The notes below the pieces were generated by a model. That model did not search any database, was not told the DNA's origin, and saw only the letters and a list, made by a program, of their open reading frames with translations. A stretch of DNA of 64,000 bases from Mizuhopecten yessoensis (Eukaryota), in NCBI RefSeq assembly GCF_002113885.1, contig NW_018408877.1, positions 124,001 through 188,000 of the forward strand. The letters run 5' to 3'. A program made the position numbers and the translations under genes. Shown here one piece after another: positions 12,301-25,885 of the stretch. Within the stretch, counting starts at the first letter, position 1; each line of letters opens with the position of its first letter.

Positions 12301-14304
12301 GCTTTGTACATTTTTTTTTATATTTTAAGTAGACTCGTCTGCAAAATTGTCAAATAAATTTGATATGACTGATCAGTAAGGTAACATACACACACCAGGT
12401 ATATAAAACCACACACCATAACAGTATATATATAACGGTAACAAACAGTGCAATAAAAAAACAAAAAAACAAACATTTGTATATCATAAAACGTGATTTA
12501 GGTTTTTAGGATAAATGTAATCGAACACAATATTATACAAAATCTTACAATTCATAAAAATAATTTGAAATATATCTTACACAAACTATCTGGATTACAA
12601 TCAGGTGCCATTTATATAAAAAAAAAAATCCTCATTTTTTTTATTTATTTTTTCGAAATTAAACATTAATTTGTGCAGTGACAAGAGCAGGTAAGGAAAA
12701 TTAGTATTCCGATATAAAGGTACAACAAAATAGCGCGAGATAGGTATTGATACCTTCAAGCATGCAAACAGTTAACACAAATTTTCAGATTCCGTGAAGG
12801 AAGTCCTTTATCACATCAATAAAACCATATTATTGCCAAAGATATTATGAAACATATTGATTGATTTTTTGGGAAAAATAAAATTTGTACCCATATTCAC
12901 TTCAATGTATAGGAAAGCTATTATATGTACAAGATGCATCCTGTGCTCATACCATCTTGATAATTCATAGGTGATTACATCCACAATTAGAGATTACTAA
13001 ATGTACATGATCAATAAAAATACAAGGGGGTTAATACTTCCAGTGTTTCATAACCTGACACCAACACATCAAGTTCAATGGGAAGGGGAGATAACAAGAC
13101 AACAAGTTAAAATCTTTCTTTCAGACTTTGCATATTGGGTAGAAACTGGTATCAACATGTATGGAAGGGTATAAGCATTTAAAGTTTAAAAGAGCAATGG
13201 AAAACGCCATGAATTAAATACAGTCATATTAATGTACGTATGCATTTGATATAATTCCAAATCCATGTCTACAGTATAGCGACACAAGGATACAGCTATT
13301 TACAGATTGGTCCACCTGTCCCCTAGGAGCTGGTGTAGGCCAATAGGTACTGTCAAGTACCACAAACCAGTTCTTTCGCTTTCTGCTACTCGTACACATT
13401 TCACTGCAAACCGCTGAGACAGATTTTTTAATAAATGTACAAAATGCAAGTAATCTTCTTGACCAACTCTCTATTCTTGACCAGGGCAACTATATTAAAA
13501 TATGTACGTGATCCTCAAATAATCCAATGCATCTATCCTGAAACCTCACAAATTTAATCGCTGATTTTTTAAACAAATATGACTTCTATTTTTGATAAAA
13601 TTCTGATAAAAATGTGTCTAACATCGTAAATCAAGTATAAACTTGTATTTCACAAATATCTAACAAACCTAATTGTGAAATAAAATTATCTGCTTAATAA
13701 GAAAAACAGCATTGTTTTTTATTAGTATTTGACCTCAAACTGGAGATATGGTTTTATTATGACATGTCATTTATGAGATTCTGCGCTACAATCTGTGTAT
13801 CTTGCTATAATGAGAGTGGCTAATTGTTGTACGTGTCAATATAATCTGCCTTTACTGTCTTAATGCTGCAGCACCCAGTCATTCTCTAGCTCTGTGAGAA
13901 GAGACTTCCTTAGATATCCCAAACCCATACAAATAAATCTACCCCATGTCACCTGTACGAGGTGAACAGCCGGAGGCAATAGACAATAAAACCCACCAAG
14001 CCAACATTGCCTCGTGTCCTGAAGGGACCCTACGCCCCATTGGTTCAGGGCTGGCTAGGGATGTGTGCAATGCTGAGGTGGAGCTACAACTCTTGCGCGT
14101 GCTCCACACTGTGAACAACATCCTACATGGTCACGAGCATCCGTCTTCTTTGTGACAAGAACGGCTTCAGCTAGACTTCTATGGCACAAATTGGTGTAAA
14201 AAAGTTACCAAGCACCAACAGAACATGGCACTCAACCAAACTGACAAACAAGTATGTCAGTTTTATGGGGAAAACTGACCGTAGGCCAAATGCTATGATC
14301 CTCT

Positions 14305-14615
14305 TCATACAGCTAGAGTGTCTTGCTCAATACTGCTGCCGTTGCCTTGGTAACCAGAGCAACAAGGGACTCCATCCTCTGTGGCTTCTTTGTCATTATG
14401 ACCTTGACCTTGAATTTTGTTATTGCCATGGATGCATTCATGACCTTGACCACAGTTGAAATTGCGATTTTGCCACTGATATGGGGCTCGGACATCCCGT
14501 CGTTCGCGGCGACGGAATTTGCGCTCTTCCATCATTCTTTTGAGTTGTTGAACTTTCTCTCTCAGTTTTGAATCATCTGGCTTCTCATTGCTGCGAAGAT
14601 CTTGTCTGTGGTTTC
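14305..14615 (-). CDS. MIDN: Midnolin exon 7 (C-terminal alpha-helix/NLS, stop)
   Basis: Acceptor gtacag|GA. Encodes KLREKVQQLKRMMEERKFRRRERRDVRAPYQW...DTLAV*, matching the midnolin proteasome-binding C-terminal helix. Confidence 0.92.
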
Positions 14616-14940
14616 CTGTACAAGTACATCAACATCAAGTCTGATGAAATATTCATAAAAGGGCAAAACAGGATTTGTACAGTATATAGATAATGTTTCA
14701 CAATTATTATTTTTTGTGAAGTTTCATAGTCAGGATAGGCCAAATAAATATTTTTTCCAGTTTCCTATATTCTAAGAAAAATCAGGGAGATAAGGACAAT
14801 GCAACCTGATGGTTTGAAATTGTTTTCAGAAAGAAATTTAAACCGACGTTTCTAATGCATGTCAAAATGTTGATGTTCTTATTTAAAAACATAAAATCAC
14901 CAATTACTATGTGATGCAAATTACAGGTAAAGTGACTTAC

Positions 14941-15108
14941 CTTTACATTGGCTATGGAGATGGGAAGAAGAGGTTTGGGGGTGCTGGGCTGTCAGTCCCT
15001 GCCGATACTGTGGGGAGGCTCCAAGCAGGTCATTGAGGATATGGATAATTGTACTGATATCTCGCCGGGGCCGCCCTCCCTGGTCCTGCAGGGTTGGGTC
15101 CAGAGTAC
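14941..15108 (-). CDS. MIDN: Midnolin exon 6 (Catch2)
   Basis: gtgtag|GT ... G|gtaagt. Encodes [31 protein letters not shown]. Confidence 0.93.
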
Positions 15109-15402
15109 CTACACAAGCATTACATATTTACAGTGTAGGCGAGAAAAGTAAATTACATCCAAATGTCATTCACAACAATTAAAAATTTCTCAGTGGCAAA
15201 AATGATCCAGATAAGTTTTTAAGGTCAAAGATCATGAGTAAAGGTTGTACATGTATGTTCTACATATATATGCAAACTTATTTGTGTGTTATGCTTAGAT
15301 CTTTAAAAATTACTTTTCATAATAGCTGATCACATCCTTCAAGGGAGGTAAAACATAACATCAGTCATGATTCCATGCTAAACTTTATAACAGCCCACTT
15401 AC

Positions 15403-15583
15403 CAGAGAATTTTCCAGAATAGACTCCACCCCCAAGATGGTGCATGCTCTCAATGACTGCCCCATTGGCCGGGGTTGGAGATGGAGGGGGGGTGGGGCTA
15501 GGCTGGGGAGATGAAGAGAAGAATGGTCCCACAGGGCTGGTTCTCGAGGACAGAACTTCAGATTCTCCAGGTTTGGTGGTATG
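15403..15583 (-). CDS. MIDN: Midnolin exon 5 (Pro/Ser linker and start of Catch2)
   Basis: ttcag|CAT ... G|gtaagt. Encodes ...PTPANGAVIESMHHLGGGVYSGKFS. Confidence 0.92.
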
Positions 15584-15834
15584 CTGAATACAAAAGTAAT
15601 TTGTTTGGGTACTAGATCAGGATGATTATACTACTTAAAAGTCATTCTTGTTAGATGAAGGGAAATCTTATTCATTGCAATTATTACTATAAATATAACA
15701 TTTCATTTTTTTTTTATTATTCTTTATTTTAAAATTGGTTTTTCATATTATCATATATGAGTATTCGTATTTTAAACTTTTGAATTCAACAATGGTGGTT
15801 TGCGTGATTTTGGATTTGTATATAAGATACCAAC

Positions 15835-16092
15835 CTGTTGTGGAGCAGTAGCGGGGAAGTTTGAGAACTGACTGATGTTCTGGGAGAGGGTATGACTGCC
15901 GTGAGGAGCAGTTGGGGAGGGAATCTCTTGGTGGTCAGAGATCTGCCCGGGGGAGGGGACCACCACAGGGGTGGGGCGAGCCCGACGGCCACTACACTGA
16001 GAAGTTGACAGCTGCAACTGTATAAACATCATGTGGTCACCAACCCGCATTGCAAGCACCAGTGGGGCGTGACCAGACAGGAAATCATTCAC
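15835..16092 (-). CDS. MIDN: Midnolin exon 4 (Catch1 and linker)
   Basis: ttacag|GTG ... CAG|gttggt. Encodes [28 protein letters not shown]...; phase 0 at both ends. Confidence 0.9.
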
Positions 16093-16308
16093 CTGTAACA
16101 AAATTGGGAAAAACGGTTAAGTATGGTTACAGTTAAAGAATTACAAATGAATTGATAATAGTCTAAATTAAGAAATATCTTAAAAGAGAAAGTAAATGTA
16201 AATTTACTAGAAACAGAAACATGCCAAGATTGATGTATTACTCCAAACAATAGAAACAGATAAATATATACCTTACAATGTTTATGCCTGTCTCAATCTA
16301 ATACTTAC

Positions 16309-16365
16309 TTGAGAGTCTGATAGACTTTCTAGGGCCTGCACAACACTTGAATCTTCGCGGGGATA
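16309..16365 (-). CDS. MIDN: Midnolin exon 3 (start of Catch1)
   Basis: ttgcag|TAT ... CAA|gtaagt. Encodes YPREDSSVVQALESLSDSQ. Confidence 0.92.
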
Positions 16366-16444
16366 CTGCAAGAAAAATCAGAATGTGAATTGTCTCCCTT
16401 GCACTAACAATGATGAAAATGAGCAAGCAAATGTTAAGGTCATA

Positions 16445-16836
16445 TTAGTACATCACATGATAATTACTAGGATAGCTATTGGATAACTACCCTTGCTCTA
16501 TTTGGTATAGTTAGCATCCGCCCTTGACGACGGTAACTATACCTGGAGACGGGCACTATACCTTTTTTTTGGACCGCTGAGACTGCGGGAAAAGTAGCGT
16601 GACGCCAAGAGTTGCGCCCCTTCTCCTAGGGGGCGCTGTACATATTCTACTTTCAGTTCATTGTTGTCGTCTGCCAAAATGGCTTCGAGATTCGGGACCG
16701 GGAATGCCGATTGCTTTGCAGAGGCTCAGCAATGTATGAAAACGAAGCAGGCGACACAATTTGCAGTCACAGTTAGTACAGTCATGTGATGTACTAAATC
16801 TATTATGACCCTTTCCCTCGGGAAAGGGCCATAATA
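16445..16836 (+). mobile_element. Small Helentron/HINE-like insertion in MIDN intron 2
   Basis: Perfect 16-bp inverted repeat ttagtacatcacatga (16445-16460) / tcatgtgatgtactaa (16782-16797), followed by terminal hairpin tattatgaccctttccctcgggaaagggccataata. Interior is CpG-rich within a CpG-poor intron. Confidence 0.65.
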
Positions 16837-17924
16837 GAATAGTAGTGTATTGATAAACGGAAATAGGTAGTACATCCCTAGTTGAAAATCCAATGTAGGG
16901 AGACAGTATCACAATTTCCTCATATTCTAATGTTTAATATTAAGCTGATGAATATTGTATGTTTATTATTGACAGAACAGTGTGTTCTCTCAATATTAAA
17001 GTATTTCAAAGCAATCCAGGCATTAATTCAGTTGTTTATTATCAATGAGTCACATGTGTCCATTTTTCTTTACTTCAGGAAACCGGCTACCTATTTCACT
17101 ACTGTGAAGTTTTCCAAGACAGATAACTCTTACATGCAATTACTATGTGTATATGGTTTTATTATAAAATGTCAATTTTTAATCGTTTACAGATAATTCA
17201 TTTTACACAATTTCAGCATTTATTAAATTCATATACATTAATGCAATACTAATCTATGGCAGTATTATTTTCATTGACATTATTTTGCAAACAATTGTGT
17301 CTTTCATTTTTTTTCAAAATTCACTCCTTTTTACATAAATTTCCATTTAAAATCCTTAAAATTCTGACAACCTTAATTTTTTTTTGTGGCAGAAAAATTT
17401 CTTTACTTCAAAGCAATATAACTACAAAATTTGAGTAGTTCTACTGAGAAATGGTGACAAAATCCTATAACCTTAAAAGAAGAAATTCTACTGAGAAATG
17501 GTGACACATTCCTATTACCTTAAAAAGATTTTGTGTGAGTTTTCTAAGTGTATTATCTCCCTTACAATAACCTTGCTACAAAGTTGGAAACATTTCTCAA
17601 AGGTTGACAAAATATTTGATATATGTCACTTATTTGAAAGTGTGTTTAGACATTTAAGAAATACTTCTATATAAATTTTGATATAGCCTACGGCTAAAAT
17701 GAAATTAGGTCCATAATGTGAAGACTTGGAAAGCACTGACTCTTGATAATGTGAACAGTGTAGACTTTGCTTTATCCACTAACATTTAACCAGCTATTTT
17801 TTCAGAATACCTGTAAGATGTAAATGTTCAACTTGCTTTTTTCAAGTCATCCACCTCTTTAAAAACTTTGAGAACACTACTTAGAGTGCTTTCACTGCTA
17901 GTTATGTGAAATGTATGGACTTAC

Positions 17925-18012
17925 AGAAAATCCACTTTCCAGGGTGGGCAGCAGTGTCACCTGACTACAGTCTGTAATGCTGTTGTCCTTCAACGTCCCG
18001 AACTTCAACAGC
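17925..18012 (-). CDS. MIDN: Midnolin exon 2 (C-terminal part of the ubiquitin-like domain)
   Basis: ttttgtag|G ... TCT|gtaagt. Encodes (R)LLKFGTLKDNSITDCSQVTLLPTLESGFS; phase 2 matches exon 1. Confidence 0.92.
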
Positions 18013-20730
18013 CTACAAAACAGCAAGGTTTAAGAACATTAGAAACATCACCTTGAGGCCGTACATAAGAATTATTACGGTATATTGAACACAAACCAAA
18101 AAAAAGATGCAAAAAATGTTTATGAGAAGTTTCATTCCGGTTCTTCATAACCAGTTCCGATTCATAACATTTATCGCCAGTTTATTGTCATTTAAAAAGA
18201 AACAATAAACTTGCAGTTTATACATAAAAACATTTAGATACCAACATCATAATGAAATTAACTTGTTCTATGATACTGGCATCTATATCTGTGAAAGATA
18301 AAAGTAAGAACGACAATATTCTCAGATGAACCATCTCTAAAAAAAAAAAATGTATTCAAGAATATGCTGTTTATTAAAAACACTTTCATTCTGAGATTAG
18401 CTATTAAAAATACCTGTATTCAAGGATAAGCTGTTTATCAAAAACATTTTATTCTGAGTTTAGCTGTGGAAAACCTGTCACTTGTATTTTAACAAAATCA
18501 CCTGTCACTTGTATTTTAACAAAATCACCTGCATTCTTTGATGAAATAAGAGCTAAGGCCATACAATTAAAGTTATACTTCATAAGTCACATTTCAAAAG
18601 AAACGAATTGAAAATAATAAACCTTGTAAAAGATTGCCCATCCTGGTTACATAAAAGGGTCATCAAGTACTTCTAATAATGAATGAGACGTAGGCTAAAT
18701 CAGGGAGATTTAGATTTTATGAAAAAGTTGGCCGGAAAATTCACTGATAAATTATAGTCCTGTGGGATGTTTGAGAGGAGTAGGTTATTAATCCTTACAC
18801 TGTGTCAAGGTCAGTATTGATGATTTATTGGTTTTCCAGTACAAGTGTACCCAGTGTTGACAACAACACTCTGGCGTAGGACAACAACACTCTTGACGTA
18901 GAATGACACACTCTTTGATCTGTTTAACCAACACATGCTTACTGAAGCGATCACTCCATCTTTGCCTGACAAGCAAACCTTTTCTGTTACATTAAATGAC
19001 AATATCAGTGTTTACCAGCAGAATTCAGTGTTCTGTTGTATTTTGTGTGGTGAAGTTAGCATCATTACTACACCGAGGATGGAGGATCGTGAGCCATAAA
19101 CTGTCTTTGTCATCACACACTATTGATGGTGGAACATGATGTGCGATGTTGTAACCTGCCCACACTGTCCTCTAGGTTATACCCCTACACACAGGACAAA
19201 GCCTCCCCTCCCCTTCCTACTCGCAGCACTAGGTCATCCGATACACTTCACAGCATATTATGTCGACACTCTCTAGTACACATAAACGAAAGAGTCAGAT
19301 CGCCATTACTCAGTCTTACTGTTGCTTCAATATCATAAAAGACACTGGTTTTCTTTATTAAAGATTGATCATAATCATAGAAACACACCCTTTGTTTACC
19401 AATTTATAGTACACATTAATATAAATAAAAACAGCATTATTTTCACTTTTTTCATACATGTACATTAGAGTGAATATTTATAAAAAGATTTATCTTCCAT
19501 GCTCACAATACAGTTTCATGTATTGATTGACCCTTATAATGTTTTAGTATAAATATCTAAACAAATTCTACTTTAACTACCTTTTATTAGAAATTTTAAG
19601 TCACACCATAAAGACATGTTTAAGTTAGAATTAGTTGTACCCTTTGTTACCTCAACATTATATACTGTACATGTACAAGTGAAGGGGAACTGGACCAGGC
19701 TTATCTCTGGTTACCTCAACATTGAGGTATTTCGCCCCCTGGTAACTCATATTGCCCAATTAACATCAGAATTCAGATATGTAATCCAAAATTAGATTTT
19801 AACATGTCGGTCTCTTTCGCGACCCCACTGAAAGATACGAAGTGTTGAACCTGAAGAAATAATTCACTGTGTTGAATACACATCAGCCCACTGGAAACAG
19901 CACCAGGATACAGGATATACCTTAACTATCTGGTAGAAGCTCAACCTTTGAAACATGCATTATTAATGTCTCTATCTACTGGTAAATACACAGCCTTGAC
20001 ACTTATCGCACCAGGAATAAGGCTACGGATGACATGTTATAGATGACAGTGATGGCGTAACTCCAAATTCGTCAAAGGGCAACAGTCTTAGAATTGACTC
20101 ACCTGTTTCTAATGAAAAGGACTTAAATGTCTTTGAAATGTCAAACAGCGACAACTTCACCAAAATGCCAGAAAGATATTCTGCCTCACAGCAGTATATG
20201 GCAGTGAATAATATCCTTTTTATAGCAATACCTATTTTCATAAGGGGAAAAACAACATGTAACATGTATACAAGTTACTTACGTATCTGTGTTAATTTTT
20301 CTATACTGAACTATTAAGAATTGGTCTGTTTCACTATAAAACAAAGGTATTTTTTAAGTTTTCAAGATTATTTTTACAACTGGGAAACAAAATATTTGCT
20401 TCTACTTTTATGATTTATTTGGATATTGTGAATAATCAGACAACTTTTAAAGCAAAAAATGTTATGAGGAGTTCAATGAGTGTAATTATTAATATATGTA
20501 CAATGTTAAGGTACAGCTGCTGTTGCTGCTGTGAATCAGCCACTGTAACATGGCCTAGTAAACAATATCCAGCCTCATCACCAGGTGGGGGCGGTGCTGA
20601 GTCAGAGACAACAGTCTGCTGAGACAGTGTCATCGTCCTCAGGTGATGAGACCTTAGTATTTTCTACCTTAATTCACACGAACTGGAAGTGATGAAACCA
20701 AATGGGATTCTCTATACACCCACCCTCATA

Positions 20731-21615
20731 AGCACTGAACCAATATCAGGCCAATGTATAACTCTGTACCCACCAGTACAAGATCTTACAAGGCAAAGTA
20801 TAACTCCCCATCCCCGCCAGCACGAGCACTGAACTGTTACCAGGCCAAGGTATAACTCTCTGTACCTACCAGTACAAGATCTTACAAGGCAAAGTATAAC
20901 TCCCCAAACCCGCCAGCACGAGCACTTAACTGTTACCAGGCCAAGGTATAACTCTCTGTACCCACCAGTACAAGACCTTACAAGGCAAAGCATAACTCCC
21001 CATACCCGCCAGCACAAGCACTGAACCATTACCAGGCCAAGGTATAACTCTCTGTCCCCACCAGTACAAGACCTTACAAGGCAAAGCATAACCCCCCACC
21101 CCCGCCAGCACGAGCACTGAACTGTTACCAGGCCAAGGTATAACTCTCTGTCCCTACCAGTACAAGATCTTACAAGGCAAAGTATACCTCCCCATACCCG
21201 CCAGCGCAAGCACTGAACCATTACCAGGCCAATGTATAACTCAGTACCTACCAGTACAAGATCTTACAAGGCAAAGTATACCTCCCCATACCCGCCAGCG
21301 CAAGCACTGAACCATTACCAGGCCAATGTATACCTCTCTGTTCCCACCAGTACAAGATCTTACAAGGCAAAGTATACCCCCCCAACCCCGCCAGCACGAG
21401 CGCTTAACTGTTACCAGGCCAAGGTATAACTCTCTGTAGCCACCAGTACAAGACCTTACAAGGCAAAGTATAACCCCCCATACCCGCCAGCACAAGCACT
21501 GAACCATTACCAGGCCAATGTATAACTCAGTACCTACCAGTACAAGATCTTACAAGGCAAAGTATAACTCCCGATACCCGCCAGCACGAGCACTGAACCA
21601 TTACCAGGCCAAGGT
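20731..21615. repeat. Minisatellite, ~96-bp unit, ~9 copies
   Basis: ccagtacaagatcttacaaggcaaagtataactcccc... recurs every ~96 bp. Confidence 0.95.
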
Positions 21616-24314
21616 GTTACTCTTTATACTCAATTTTACTCAATTTTATAGTCATTACCTAACAAATGAACATTTACAGAAATATATTCTAAAAACTTTC
21701 AATACAAGCATTTAAATAAATATATTTGGCCAAAAAGTATACCAACTGCTTGACCTCCTGTACACAGTATATAATGATTATATGGGTGTGGTGTTGAAAG
21801 ACAAGGGGTTATGGGCATCAGCTACAGTGGCGTTTTACTGACCTGTTGTGTACACCTAAGGAACTGTATAGATTATTTACTATTTTGAAACAGAGGACTC
21901 TATAGTGTCCTCTTAACAGGTCTTATAATTTATAATGTACAAGTGGATATCAATATACAAAAATCATAATTAAAAGTCATAATGGGACAGGTTTAGATCT
22001 ACTTCAGAGTTTACAGCTAGAGCTCATGATCAGAGTGAATATTTTAGATTGTATTCCGAGTTGATCATGACGGCATGATGGGTGTGTACTGTTCTCACAT
22101 CTAGGGCCATTGCTGACATTTTCTGAGAGATCGTTTCTGTAGTCTGGATGGTGTATATTTCACATTTCTCTCAAACCACAAATACCTCTTAACAGCACAT
22201 GAACCTGATCAATCAACAATAACATCATATCTGTCCCATTCCCTTGGGCCTTCAGGTGGGATGGACAAAATAACTGACACCTTGCTAAGATATTCTAGCA
22301 CAAAGGCTACCAGGAAGCACAAGATTAATTGATATTTATGAATAAAGATAATTCATACAAACTCAGTAAACACAAGACGTTTTGCAAATGTATGGACTGT
22401 GAATATTAGCTATTAGCTGTTTTGTAAATAAACCATAATAGTAAAATGAATTGTAAATATACTAAAAATGGGAGAAAAAATGTGAATATGAAGCAACTAC
22501 AGTAAAATTTCAGATCAGTTCTACTGCTACAAAAGTTAAATTGAATCCCGATCAACTATATATGCAGAACGATTCACTGAGAAGTGGGTAGTACAGGTGA
22601 TAAAGCAGGACTTAAGTGTCCCTATAAAACGGCTGTATTAGCATTGTTTGGTCACTACTGTCAGTGAGATTTAGGTCTTGTTCACCTGTTGACCTAATGA
22701 CCTTTTCTAAACTACAGTTACCAAATGTTTATAAATGTCAGTCCCTGCTGAAATGTCATTTTCATTTGACCTATAGCAGTTGAAGCCAGCAGTTAAGTAG
22801 TAGGTAAACGGTAACAGGATAGGCACGAAAATGTCAAATAATCTTTGACTGAAAATGTCAAGAATCTCTGACATATACTTGTAATAGGAATCTTCACGGG
22901 CCACCGTAGATACCTGAACACGCCGTTCTCCAAACTTCGGAAGCCACGCTACCGAAGTATCCATTCTAACAACCATCTTGATCATTTTTCACTAAATATC
23001 TCTTTAACACAAACAAACTTTAGAACATACAAAAACATATATCACAACTGTTTCCTTTGATTCCGAACCACTTTCATTTTGGCATTAGATAACTGGAGCC
23101 TTCATGTTGTTGATACCAGCCGCAATAATCACAAGTGTCAATCACAAGACATGTGACTCCAGAAACATATTGCCTACAATATTTCTAGCGATAATTAAGT
23201 CTTTATTGGATATCGTTGCAAACAGGTATATAAGGCATACACAATATGATGTACATAATGAAGGTGTATATACTAAAAGGTGTCTCCAGATCAAATTCAC
23301 CTTTACATAATTCATAGACTGGTGACATTTTCTTGGGTAACCAGCTGTCGATCCAGGTAGTTTTCCAGGGCTTAAACGCTTCAAAACAATGCTTTTTATT
23401 TTTAATTCCTTTAAAACCATGCTTTTTTGGCAGTTTTCTATATTTAAAAAAAATATGCTGATATTATTTGGAAGTTCATCTCAGACAAGTCTCCTATTAC
23501 TTTATATATTGAAATCATGCAATAAGCCCATAGGGCCAAAACAGTAATCTCTCACTCGAAGTAGTTGGTATTGGTTTATAACGGGACAATGAAATAGCAT
23601 CTGCTTGTAGGTCTTCTGAAACATGATAGATTTGGTTTGGCCGAGAAATCTGCAATTATGAAATATTTCCATAGAAAATATATGAACACACAATAGTAGC
23701 ATTAACTGAGGCACCCATATTTAATTAACTTATTATTTTTTTTCAGGGATGATGTTCAGAATTTTTCAGAAATCAAAGTGCTCAACCTGACAAGGTCCTA
23801 TAGAAAATAATGGAACAATCGTAATTGAAGCTGCCAGCACTTGAATCCTATAATCAGAAAGCTAGTTATGTAACACGATAGATTCAACTCAACACAAACT
23901 GGTAATGACAGTGTTGGCCTTTGATGAAATGTTAAGATATACAGAGACTGGCGGATTTGAAAATGGGAAACACATAATGATGTCAAACCTGTTTACCGCC
24001 ATACAACTTAACTTCCATTAAGACATTAGGCTAAGAAGATGAAATTGGATTAGTTTTATGCCACTACCAAGTGATAGTGTGTAGAATCTGATGACATTCA
24101 AACATAGCTATGCTTCATACGTAATCAACCAGTGATGTGTATTGATCGACTTTTTGTTGTACATGGTTTTTACCCACCATTGACGTCATAGCCCGCCATT
24201 ATTGCACTGTTGAGATGTAATTGACTTCAGAGGTTTCCTCCCGCAAGGCTTACAGCTAGCATCCATCTCGAAGGTCCACGGGGTCAAATGGTGACTTGTC
24301 TTATTGTATGGGTC

Positions 24315-25733
24315 TGGACTGTCCCACATAAGACACCTATACAGTATTACTACAGTCATTGAACACAGCCTACTGGACTATCCCACATAAGACACCTACA
24401 GTCGTACTACAGTCATCGAACACAGCCTACTGGACTGTCCCACATACGACACATACAGCAGTACTACAGTCATCGAACACAGCCTACTGGACTGTCCCAC
24501 ATAAGACACCTATACAGGAGTACTACAGTCATCGAACACAGCCTACTGGACTGTCCAACATACGACTCCTACAGTAGTACTACAGTCATCGAACACCGCC
24601 TACTGGACTGTCCCACATACGACACCTATAGTAGTACTACAGTCATTGAACACAGCCTACTGGACTATCCCACATACGACACATACAGCAGTACTACAGT
24701 CATCGAACACAGCCTCCTGGACTGTCCCACATAAGCCCCCTATACAGTAGTACTACAGTCATCGAACAAAGCCTACTGGACTGTCCCACATACGACACCT
24801 ACAGTAGTACTACAGTCATCAAACACAGCCTACTCGACTGTCCCACATACGACACACACAGCAGTACTACAGTCAACGAACACAGCCTACTGGACTATCC
24901 CACATAAGACACCTATAGTAGTACTACAGTCAACGAACACAGCCTACTGGACTGTCCCACATACGACACCTACAGTCATACTACAGTCACCGAACACATC
25001 CTACTGGACTATCCCACATACGACACCTACAGAAGTACTACAGTCATCGAACACAGCCTACTGGACTGACCCACATACGACACCTACAGTAGTACTACAA
25101 TCAACGAACATAGCCTACAGGACTGTCCCACATACGACACCTATAGTAGTATTACAGTCATCGAACACAGCCTACTGGACTGTCCCACATACGACACCTA
25201 CAGTCATACTACAGTCACCGAACACAGCCTACTGGACTATCCCACATACGACACCTACAGTAGTACTACAGTCATCGAACACAGCCTACTGTACTGTCCC
25301 ACATAAGACACCTATAGTAGTACTACAGTCATCGAGCAAAGCCTACTGGACTGTCCCACATAAGACACCTACAGCAGTGCTACAGTCATCGAACACAGCC
25401 TACTGGACTGTCCCACATAAGACACCTATAGTAGTACTACAGTCATCGAACAAAGCCTACTGGACTGTCCCACATAAGACACCTACAGCAGTACTACAGT
25501 CATCGAACACAGCCTACTGGACTATCCCATATAAGACACCTACAGCAGTACTACAGTCATCGAACACAGCCTACTGGACTGTCCCACATACGACACCTAC
25601 AGTAGTACTACAGTCATCGAACCCAGCCTACTGGACTGTCCCACATAAGACACCTACAGTAGTACTACAGTCATCTAACACAGCCTACTGGACTATCCCA
25701 CATAAGACATCTACAGCAGTACTACAGTCATCG
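24315..25733. repeat. Minisatellite, 57(-59)-bp unit, ~25 copies
   Basis: Unit tactggactgtcccacatacgacacctacagtagtactacagtcatcgaacacagcc. Confidence 0.96.
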
Positions 25734-25885
25734 ACTATAATGATCACACCTGTCTATAATGATCACACCTGTCTATAATGATCATACCTGTCTATAACAA
25801 TCATGCCTGTCTTCATACCTGTCTATAATGATCACACAAGCCTTTAATGAACTCACCTGCTCATATATAATCATACCTGTCTATA
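25734..25885. repeat. Degenerate 19-bp tandem repeat
   Basis: Unit ctataatgatcacacctgt, abutting the 57-bp array. Confidence 0.8.

Noticed and set aside
19800-20240. Possible decayed coding relic on + (…SASQQYMAVNNILF…) in MIDN intron 1
   Set aside because: Short open stretches only, interrupted by stops, with no family I can identify confidently.
22860-23340. Cys-rich minus-strand peptides (CDYCGW…CDIC) suggestive of a PHD-like finger
   Set aside because: Multiple stops, incomplete ligand spacing and no corroborating copy or splice structure.
20712-25778. Repeat-peptide ORFs (96-bp and 57-bp arrays)
   Set aside because: Unit lengths divisible by three explain the open frames. They are intronic, and indel variants break the frame.
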